From Candidatus Hodarchaeota archaeon (GTDB lineage Archaea > Asgardarchaeota > Heimdallarchaeia > Hodarchaeales > Hodarchaeaceae): a DNA stretch of 11,633 nucleotides. Made by a program: the position numbers and the translations under genes. Below the pieces are notes generated by a model that was not told where the DNA came from, searched no databases, and saw only the letters and a list, made by a program, of their open reading frames with translations. How positions within the stretch are numbered: position 1 is the stretch's first letter; each line of letters begins with the position of its first letter. This document shows positions 1 to 6,813 of the stretch, piece by piece. Location of the stretch: positions 1-11,633 of the forward strand of contig JAEOTM010000126.1 of assembly GCA_016839815.1 (NCBI GenBank), read 5' to 3'.

Positions 1-171
1 GAGATTCTTCTGGAGAGAAGAATAAGAAAACAAGGTCAAAACGGGATAGGCTTGGGAAAGAGCATCTCTAAGACCGAGAAGTTATGCTTGAAGGGCCGGG
101 GTCTTGAACACGATTGAGTTCGGCCAAACAAAAGTAGAGGTTACGACATTTGGTCCACTCCACTAATTTTT
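1..171 (+). ncRNA. Candidate RNase P RNA, 3' portion (5' part outside window)
   Basis: The segment is GC-richer than its neighbours. In RNase P order it shows: CAAGGTCAAAACGGG (31-45, cf. bacterial A-type CAAGGCCAAAUAGGG); P15-like GGTC/GACC (34-37/72-75); P16-like GGGAT/ATCTC (43-47/64-68); P17-like GCTT/GAGC; CR-IV-like GAGAAGTTATG; a P19-like hairpin GGCCGGG..TTCGGCC (94-125); CR-V-like ACAAAAGTAGAGGTTAC (128-144); and a T-run at 167-171. Spacing in CR-IV and CR-V is off-consensus. Confidence 0.4.
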
Positions 172-210
172 AGGAGGGAATGATACTGGTGGTATGACGT
201 GGGTATGACG

Positions 211-223
211 ACAACTTTATAAA
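211..223 (+). promoter_or_regulatory. Putative archaeal TATA box (TTTATAAA) for the wHTH gene
   Basis: TTTATAAA at 216-223, about 80 nt upstream of the ATG at 303, preceded by a GGTATGACG direct repeat. Confidence 0.4.
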
Positions 224-302
224 CACTATCACCAACAATATCAACAGAAACAACAGTTTTCTAAATCCTAGCAAAACCGAAAAAAGAGAGAAATAAACTT
301 TG

Positions 303-572
303 ATGGAAGCTCAAGAAATAAAAAATGAAATAAAAACCGAAACTTTACCCATAGATGCTTATGCGGTTCCAACAAGTGCAAAAAAGATATTCGAAATATT
401 GAACCGCGACGGACCCCTCACCTCGGGGGATATTGAAAAAAAGTGTAGTTATTCCGACCGAACGGTTAGGAACGCATTGAAAAAACTAATTAATATTGGC
501 TTGGTTCGCAAAGTTGCTAACTTTACAGATATGCGAACCTCGCTCTTTCATATTCGTGAGAGTGCAAACTAA
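303..572 (+). CDS. Small archaeal winged helix-turn-helix transcription regulator (MarR/ArsR/TrmB-like)
   Basis: PTSAKKIFEILNRDGPLTSGDIEKKCSYSDRTVRNALKKLINIGLVRKV-x-D-x-R is a typical wHTH with a DxR wing. ATG at 303 (the ORF track starts at TTG 300). Confidence 0.85.
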   Translation: MEAQEIKNEIKTETLPIDAYAVPTSAKKIFEILNRDGPLTSGDIEKKCSYSDRTVRNALKKLINIGLVRKVANFTDMRTSLFHIRESAN

Positions 573-575
573 CTC

Positions 576-1211
576 TCAATCATCCTTTTTTCCCACAGTC
601 TTCAGAAAAAGTTCTCCAAAAATATTTAGTAGCGTTTGCCATACCCAGTGTACTGGTAAACCTACCACATTATAATAGTCACCTTTGATTTCTTTAATCA
701 ATGAACTTCCAATACCCTGAATTGCGTAGGCTCCTGCCTTCCCAACCCATTCATTTTGACTCAAATAAAAATCGATCTCTTCTTTCAATAAATGTCTAAA
801 TTTAACTTCTGTAGTAATTATTGTCTGGTGGCTCTCCTGTGACGGATAGACAAGAATTGCACACCCCGTGAGTACGTGATGACATTTTCCAGAAAGAGAT
901 TCTAGCATCAGCTGGGCATGTTTTCTATCTCTTGCTTTTCCAATAATCTGATCTGATGGGTCAATAACGGTGGTATCACATCCGAGAACTACAAACCTTC
1001 TTTTTTTCGATTTAATTTTTTCACCTACGGTTTGGGCCTTTTTAAATGAAAGGTTTAATACATAAGATTCCGGAGACTCCATTAGTACTGATTCATCAAT
1101 TTTACTTGGTATAACTTCATATCCTAAGTTAATTTGAGAAAGAACACGCGCTCGTGCAGGTGAGTTACTTGCAAGTATAAATTGGGGAAAAGATTCAGGC
1201 ATGATAATCAA
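576..1211 (-). CDS. maf: Maf family nucleoside triphosphate pyrophosphatase (YhdE-like)
   Basis: Motifs ILASNSPAR, KKA, GCDT, LSGKCHHVLTG, GKAGAYAIQG and GDYYNVVGLP. The true start may be ATG at 1202. Confidence 0.95.
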   Translation of the reverse strand: MIIMPESFPQFILASNSPARARVLSQINLGYEVIPSKIDESVLMESPESYVLNLSFKKAQTVGEKIKSKKRRFVVLGCDTTVIDPSDQIIGKARDRKHAQLMLESLSGKCHHVLTGCAILVYPSQESHQTIITTEVKFRHLLKEEIDFYLSQNEWVGKAGAYAIQGIGSSLIKEIKGDYYNVVGLPVHWVWQTLLNIFGELFLKTVGKKDD

Positions 1212-1359
1212 ATGGGGATGAAACCTTGAACAGTCATAAATCCTTTAGTTTTGTATGCAATTACTTTTATATTCGCTTTGCATAATCTGCTTGTCATTCA
1301 TAAAACAAAGAAGAATATTCTAATTAATTCTGATATTAATTTCATAGGAAAGATATTCC

Positions 1360-2748
1360 ATGACTAACGCAAATGACACCCTCCCTCCACCTCCTTTCAA
1401 AATTAAAATGGTTGAACCAATTAAGCTAACAACATTAGAAGAGCGAAAGAATATCTTGAAAACTGCAGGATATAATATCTTCAATATCCCAGCTGAAAAA
1501 GTATACATCGACCTTCTAACCGACTCAGGTACATCAGCAATGTCCGACAATCAATGGTCTGGCTTAATTCTTGGGGATGAATCGTATGCTCAGTGTAAGA
1601 ATTTCTTTCATCTTCAATCAATCGTTCAAGAGATCACTGGTTTTGAGTTTGTCATTCCAACTCATCAAGGACGAAGTGCTGAAAACTTGGTATGTTTCGC
1701 CCTTAATTTAGATGAAACAAAAATAGCGGTGTCAAATCAATTTTTCGATACCACACGGGCTAATATAGAATCTATAGGAACGAAAGCTCATGATTTAGTG
1801 ATTCAGGAGGCATATAATACATCTATCTATCACGATTTCAAGGGAAACATGGATTCCAATGCTTTAGAGGATCTAATTAATCAAAACTCTAATGTGGCTG
1901 TGATAATCGTCACAGTAACAAATAATACAGGTGGAGGACAACCAGTTTCCTTACAAAATATAAAAACTGTTTCAAATATTGCTAAAAAACATAAAATTCC
2001 ATTCTTCTTGGATGCCGCTCGATTTGCAGAAAATGCTTACTTCATAAAACTCAGAGAAAAGGGATACTCAGATTTCTCCCCTCTACAAATTGCACAAAAG
2101 ATGTTTTCATATACAGATGGATGCATGATGAGCGCGAAAAAGGATGGTCTTGTTAACATTGGGGGATTTATTGCATTGAATGATACTAACCTTTACAATC
2201 GTATAAAGGAACGGATGGTTATTACCGAAGGATTTCCAACATATGGAGGTTTAGCAGGTCGAGATCTCGAGGCTTTAGCAAGAGGTTTGAATGAAGTACT
2301 TTCTGAAGATTATTTGAAGTACCGCTATCAGCAATTACAGTATTTGGGTAACAGATTAGATACAGCTAAAATTCCTATCTTATTACCTGTTGGAGGACAC
2401 TCAGTCAATCTTGATGCTCGAAGATATCTTCCTCACATATCACAGTCAGAATTTCCAGGATGGGCACTCACAATCGCATTATACGAGAATTATGGAATTA
2501 GAACTGTAGAATTGGGATCAGTGATGTTTGCTCATCAAAATGAATATCAAGAATGGGTATATCCTGATCTAGAATTAGTGAGATTGGCTATCCCACGTAG
2601 AGTGTACTCAAGAGAGCACCTTGATTATGTAGCTGATTCGATTATCAAACTGTACAAATCTAAAGATAGAATTAAAGGGTTGAAAATGACTTACGACCCG
2701 GGTCTCTTACGTCACTTTAATGCATTATTTGAACCAATTGGTGAGTAA
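1360..2748 (+). CDS. tnaA: Tryptophanase (PLP-dependent beta-eliminating lyase)
   Basis: IDLLTDSGT, PTHQGR, PLP lysine motif MSAKKD, GFPTYGGLAGRD and ELVRLAIPRRVY. FDTT and LRHF are TnaA-type; tyrosine phenol-lyase has FTTT and LRFF. Confidence 0.92.
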   Translation: MTNANDTLPPPPFKIKMVEPIKLTTLEERKNILKTAGYNIFNIPAEKVYIDLLTDSGTSAMSDNQWSGLILGDESYAQCKNFFHLQSIVQEITGFEFVIPTHQGRSAENLVCFALNLDETKIAVSNQFFDTTRANIESIGTKAHDLVIQEAYNTSIYHDFKGNMDSNALEDLINQNSNVAVIIVTVTNNTGGGQPVSLQNIKTVSNIAKKHKIPFFLDAARFAENAYFIKLREKGYSDFSPLQIAQKMFSYTDGCMMSAKKDGLVNIGGFIALNDTNLYNRIKERMVITEGFPTYGGLAGRDLEALARGLNEVLSEDYLKYRYQQLQYLGNRLDTAKIPILLPVGGHSVNLDARRYLPHISQSEFPGWALTIALYENYGIRTVELGSVMFAHQNEYQEWVYPDLELVRLAIPRRVYSREHLDYVADSIIKLYKSKDRIKGLKMTYDPGLLRHFNALFEPIGE

Positions 2749-2769
2749 AGATTATTAAGGACGCTAAAG

Positions 2770-2786
2770 GGGGAGAAAATCTCTCC
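2770..2786 (+). terminator. Short hairpin between convergent genes, possible terminator
   Basis: GGGGAGA-AAA-TCTCTCC forms a 7-bp stem about 20 nt after the tnaA stop, followed by T-rich sequence. Confidence 0.3.
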
Positions 2787-2848
2787 GAATGTTTTCCTAA
2801 GCGATCTTAATTCTTCCTTCCCGAAATGTTGTAATCTTTCCCTTATAT

Positions 2849-3061
2849 TTACGCAATCAGTCTTCTTGATATATAGTCAGATAGTTTCTTGTCTCGTGGA
2901 ATACGGGTGACGAATGCATCCATACCACATTCATTGCATTTGAGACGTAAGGTACTATGATTGACAATAGTATTAATACTGTTTGTGTGGCACCAGGGAC
3001 AAACCAATTCCATCTCGGCTTGATGGTGTAAATCTACATTTTCTTCGATTTCAATTGTCAT
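2849..3061 (-). CDS. Small zinc-ribbon protein (CPWC...CNEC), possibly Elf1-like
   Basis: Two CxxC pairs, and a strong GGAGG RBS (3069-3073, minus strand) 7 nt before the ATG. Confidence 0.8.
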   Translation of the reverse strand: MTIEIEENVDLHHQAEMELVCPWCHTNSINTIVNHSTLRLKCNECGMDAFVTRIPRDKKLSDYISRRLIA

Positions 3062-3073
3062 ATATTAACCTCC

Positions 3074-3178
3074 ATTCTTTGATTGAGGGGAAAACTTCCA
3101 ATCCTGGACTTGTTTTCCGATATAGCTAGGCTATACCACACTGAAATTTTCATTTCAGGATACTTTCCCTGTCAGAAT
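3074..3178 (-). ncRNA. Candidate structured 5' leader RNA (multi-branch, possible pseudoknot)
   Basis: Three consecutive hairpins of 7, 8 and 7+4 bp, one with a GAAA tetraloop on the minus strand. They sit inside an imperfect closing stem that ends directly at the GGAGG RBS. Confidence 0.45.
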
Positions 3179-3345
3179 CCATATGAATATCGATTGAGAC
3201 AAGGAATTATTTCTCAAATTTTTGAGTTTAAAAAATTATTGTAATTCTGTAATATATTACTAACATACCTTTTGTTAGCACTAAAAAAACTTGATAAATA
3301 GTCGGATTTATCTAGGTGGACATCAAGTCTATGAATTGATAAATC

Positions 3346-4059
3346 TTGTGTTCCAGAAGTAATCAGCAAAAACGTCCGAGAATAATATTATCTGCAGCAA
3401 TCACCCTAGATGGTCGAATTGCTTCAGTATCTGGAGATGTTACTCTATCTAATACTGAAGATTGGAAGAGAGTTCACCATCTAAGAGCTAGGAGTGATGC
3501 TATCATGGTGGGGAGTGGAACGATATTGTCAGATGATTCAAAATTAACCGTGAAGGCGGAATTTTTCGAAGAGGGGTATAATATTCAGGATCCCATACGG
3601 ATCGTTGTGAGTTCACGGGGAAAAATTCCACTGAACGCGCGAGTTATTACATATCGTCCAGATGTCCGTACCATTATCGCTATTACGACTCAATGTCCAA
3701 CCATTCAAAAAGAAAAACTCATCCAAAAAGGATGTAATCTAATTATCTGCGGTGAAGGGCCATTAGTTAATTTAAAATTCTTAATGGAGACTTTGTATAA
3801 AGAATTTAACATTAAAAGTCTATTACTAGAAGGAGGAAGCAAATTGAATGGTAATATGCTTACAGAGGAATTAATTGATGAAATACACTTAGCCATTGCT
3901 CCTGTTCTTGGAGGAGAAGGTACTCCCATCTTTACTCTTCCTACCCCAATCAAAGCTTTTACTCAGTCTCCATTCTTTGAAATAATGGAAAATCAAATCA
4001 TTGGAGATATGATCTGGCTTAAACTAAAGGTTCATTATAAATCTCGAAAAGCTCAATAG
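3346..4059 (+). CDS. arfC: 2,5-diamino-6-(ribosylamino)-4(3H)-pyrimidinone 5'-phosphate reductase (RibD C-terminal/Rib7/ArfC family)
   Basis: RPRIILSAAITLDGRIA, VHHLRARSDAIMVGSGTILSDD, LLLEGGSKLN and IDEIHLAIAPVLGG. It is a stand-alone reductase with no deaminase domain. The TTG start is uncertain. Confidence 0.88.
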   Translation: MCSRSNQQKRPRIILSAAITLDGRIASVSGDVTLSNTEDWKRVHHLRARSDAIMVGSGTILSDDSKLTVKAEFFEEGYNIQDPIRIVVSSRGKIPLNARVITYRPDVRTIIAITTQCPTIQKEKLIQKGCNLIICGEGPLVNLKFLMETLYKEFNIKSLLLEGGSKLNGNMLTEELIDEIHLAIAPVLGGEGTPIFTLPTPIKAFTQSPFFEIMENQIIGDMIWLKLKVHYKSRKAQ

Positions 4060-4074
4060 TAAGGGGCCTTTTTC

Positions 4075-4938
4075 CTAAATAACCGTTGGAAAAAGGATAA
4101 AGTACAAAATCCCATAAATCACACAAATTATCAGTGGATTAGATTTTACTGATCCAAGGGACTTGATAGCATAATATATCATCGCTACACTCCATATAAT
4201 GGCTACGATCATAATGATAGGAGAGAATACATCGAATGAGAGGCTAGTTATGATTTCTCTTTCCCAAAGGGAATTATAAACAACCTCTCCTCCTGGAGAG
4301 AATAAATAAAACAATCCTGCAATACTTTGGGTAAAAATCAAGGGAATTTGTGCCCATCCCACAATCGTAGCCATTTTTTTGAATTTACGCATATCTGAGG
4401 TGAGATCTGAGGCAAAAATCACATGCAAAATCCATAAAATGGCACTCATTAGGAACCAATTTAACAAAATTGCGAAAATTGAGGATATGGGTAACAAATA
4501 CTGATAAAAACCTTTGAATTCTTCTAGAGAAGCATCTTCAGCTCCCAGACCTAAAGGAATCGAATCAACGAACGATTCGGTGAATTGCATATCGAATTTG
4601 TTAAAAAAAATCAACAAAGCAACAGCAGTAATAAGGCCAATCACCAGATTAAGAATAAAAGGTTGAGAGAAATTTGGAGAGGAGGAAATTTGGGGCATTT
4701 CTTCTCTTGGGGCAGTTAAAGCACCACGAAAGTTTGTTAAAAATGCACGTCGTGGACTCTCTTCTACAGGTTCCGTAATTATATATGGTGCACCAACTTG
4801 GTGAGATGAAAAATCCTGAATTTTCGTTATTGGAGCTCCACAATAAGCACAAAATGCAGCATTTGATACCAATTCTTTACCACAATTACCACAGTATCTC
4901 ATAGTAGGGGAATTCTCGTTTTCCATACAATAAAGCAT
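4075..4938 (-). CDS. Zinc-ribbon + Yip1-like multi-pass membrane protein
   Basis: N-terminal YCGNCG..AAFCAYCG zinc ribbon. About five hydrophobic segments with Yip1-like patterns (ALTAPRE, FKKMATIVGWAQIP, IIWS..MIYYAIK). The start may be ATG at 4926. Confidence 0.75.
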   Translation of the reverse strand: MLYCMENENSPTMRYCGNCGKELVSNAAFCAYCGAPITKIQDFSSHQVGAPYIITEPVEESPRRAFLTNFRGALTAPREEMPQISSSPNFSQPFILNLVIGLITAVALLIFFNKFDMQFTESFVDSIPLGLGAEDASLEEFKGFYQYLLPISSIFAILLNWFLMSAILWILHVIFASDLTSDMRKFKKMATIVGWAQIPLIFTQSIAGLFYLFSPGGEVVYNSLWEREIITSLSFDVFSPIIMIVAIIWSVAMIYYAIKSLGSVKSNPLIICVIYGILYFILFPTVI

Positions 4939-5166
4939 CCTTATTGATCTATTGAAAACTTCTTCTTGTAATCTTCAATTTCCTAACATTAAGAAAAGGA
5001 TTGTTTTGTGGCAGTCAAAGAAGAATGAATATAGAGGATCATCACAATACAATATTCCTACTCGAATTATTTCTACAATATGAAATAGTTAGAATCTAGA
5101 TAAAAATTTCTAAGAAAGTAATTAACCAAATATTGAAAAAAGAAAAAATCTGACTATTTTCAACGT

Positions 5167-5484
5167 TTAATAGGATCTATCCTTTAGAACGACGATTGTG
5201 AATCCAGCAGCTTCGTCAGGGGTGATAATAATCTCTGATTGAGGCATTTCAACATAAACACTTTGTAATTTTCCATGATTCAAAGCATCGGAAACGCTCC
5301 GAACTTTCTTTACTAGGGATGCTACATGTGCTGAAACACGTTCCGCATCAGATTGTGGTAAATTACTTTGTAGGGGTAATCCGTCTTCATCGCAAACTAA
5401 AATACCTCGTACGCCTCGTCTTGCTGCCAGTCTTTTTATTGTATTTTGTAAAACTGAAGGAATGACATACTCTTCACCAGACAT
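5167..5484 (-). CDS. Roadblock/LC7 domain protein (dynein light chain roadblock-like)
   Basis: TIKRLAARRGVRGILVCDEDGLPLQS...EIIITPD matches the roadblock/LC7 pattern. An AGGTGA RBS lies in the 17-nt gap after the upstream paralog. Confidence 0.9.
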   Translation of the reverse strand: MSGEEYVIPSVLQNTIKRLAARRGVRGILVCDEDGLPLQSNLPQSDAERVSAHVASLVKKVRSVSDALNHGKLQSVYVEMPQSEIIITPDEAAGFTIVVLKDRSY

Positions 5485-5501
5485 TTTTCAATCACCTATT
5501 T

Positions 5502-5852
5502 TTACTTATCTTTTGAGGTGAGTGTCATTTGACTACTCTCTCGTTTTACTAATGCTATAATGATAATTTCAGAATCATAATCAGGTATTATCTCGACGTC
5601 ACCAACTTCTAATTCAAGTCGTATGCTTCGAGCAATCTCCTGGGAGATTTCTTTGGATATATATTTTACTTTCCCTACAAGTGAAGCAACATGTGCCGAA
5701 ACTCTCTCTGTATCTTCACCAGGAAGACTTGATTGTAATGGTAATCCATCAGTATCACTCAATACTGCTCCATACACTCCCTTATGTTTCCCGACGGATT
5801 CTATTACTTTTTCAAGAGCTTGATGTGATAAATAACCTGCACCTTGGGACAT
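5502..5852 (-). CDS. Roadblock/LC7 domain protein
   Basis: HKGVYGAVLSDTDGLPLQSSL...VEIIPD; clear paralog of 5167..5484. Confidence 0.9.
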   Translation of the reverse strand: MSQGAGYLSHQALEKVIESVGKHKGVYGAVLSDTDGLPLQSSLPGEDTERVSAHVASLVGKVKYISKEISQEIARSIRLELEVGDVEIIPDYDSEIIIIALVKRESSQMTLTSKDK

Positions 5853-6283
5853 TGTTAATCATTATCCAATCTACTAATCATTCCTTAAAACCTTTTGCTT
5901 TCAATCTCTTCTCAAATATATACTGTATTTTTAAATAAAAATGTGAGTTCACCTATTGCAACGATGATTGAAAATATATATTCTCACCAGCGACCGAGAA
6001 TAAGAATTACATCACCCTAATGGTTCAAAAAAATAATATATGATATTATAATCCTTCATATGATTATTTAAGTGTAGTATCGATGGATTATTCATGTTGG
6101 GTGAACCATATTTGTATCTGAAGTTCTCTAACAGTAGTAGACAACTTTTCACATCTGAAGCCAAGGAGGTATAGAATTTGTTTAAATATCCAAATAGCTT
6201 TCATAGGTGGATAATTTCCTCAGTTCCGGAAGCTCAATGCTTTTATTTGATCAATTTCAAAGCCGTCATAGGAGATTTATCTT

Positions 6284-6787
6284 TTGAATCCTTCACAAAA
6301 AAAAATTGATATCTTGGAAGAGATTAGTCTTCTTCTTGAGAAGAAATTAGGGGAAAAGCTAGACCCATTAGTGACTTCACTTAATCTAGTATGTGATCAA
6401 ATAAGTGCTATAGATCAAAGATTATCTCTTTTAGAAGGATCTACAGGTAAAGAACTTCCAACTGTGACATTTTCTGACCCAAAAAATCCGAGGCCAACCC
6501 CACAGGTCAATTTTGATAACAAGGATGATATGATGAAACGAGCCTATGACACTCTTTCGGAGTTTCCAATGTTGAGAAGAGCATACAATGTTCTTCTTGC
6601 TGAAGCCCCTCGGCCATTAACAACACAGGAAGTTGCCGATAAAATCGGTCGAAGTAGGAGTACAACCAGTCAATACCTGAATGAACTCCAAAAAATGAAA
6701 TTATTAGATAAAGAACATGGAGAAACACCTGATCAGTCTAGAAACATTGTTTTCAGACTTTCATATAGGAACCAGGTTGAGATTTAG
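6284..6787 (+). CDS. Coiled-coil + C-terminal winged HTH protein
   Basis: N-terminal heptad-like helix (LDPLVTSLNLVCDQISAIDQRLSLLE), a Pro-rich linker, then PLTTQEVADKIGRSRSTTSQYLNELQKMKLLDK HTH. GGAG precedes the TTG start. Confidence 0.8.
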   Translation: MNPSQKKIDILEEISLLLEKKLGEKLDPLVTSLNLVCDQISAIDQRLSLLEGSTGKELPTVTFSDPKNPRPTPQVNFDNKDDMMKRAYDTLSEFPMLRRAYNVLLAEAPRPLTTQEVADKIGRSRSTTSQYLNELQKMKLLDKEHGETPDQSRNIVFRLSYRNQVEI

Positions 6788-6813
6788 ACCGAGCTAAGAG
6801 AATATTGAGATTT

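Noticed and set aside
134-220. Lysine-riboswitch-like start (TAGAGGT)
   Set aside because: Downstream conserved elements and the P1 partner are missing, and no lysine-related gene follows.
1320-1550. 76-aa minus-strand ORF
   Set aside because: Antisense shadow of tnaA with no motif.
3074-3178. tRNA, hammerhead or cobalamin riboswitch identity for the multi-helix leader
   Set aside because: No TTCRA T-loop or 7-nt anticodon loop, no CUGANGA core, and no B12 box.
3705-3953. 82-aa minus-strand ORF
   Set aside because: Antisense to the reductase gene.
4649-4852. 67-aa Cys-rich minus-strand ORF
   Set aside because: Alternate frame inside the Yip1-like gene.
5623-5938. 66-aa and 85-aa plus-strand ORFs
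   Set aside because: Antisense to the roadblock gene, with unconvincing composition.
6507-6728. 73-aa minus-strand ORF
   Set aside because: Antisense to the wHTH gene.
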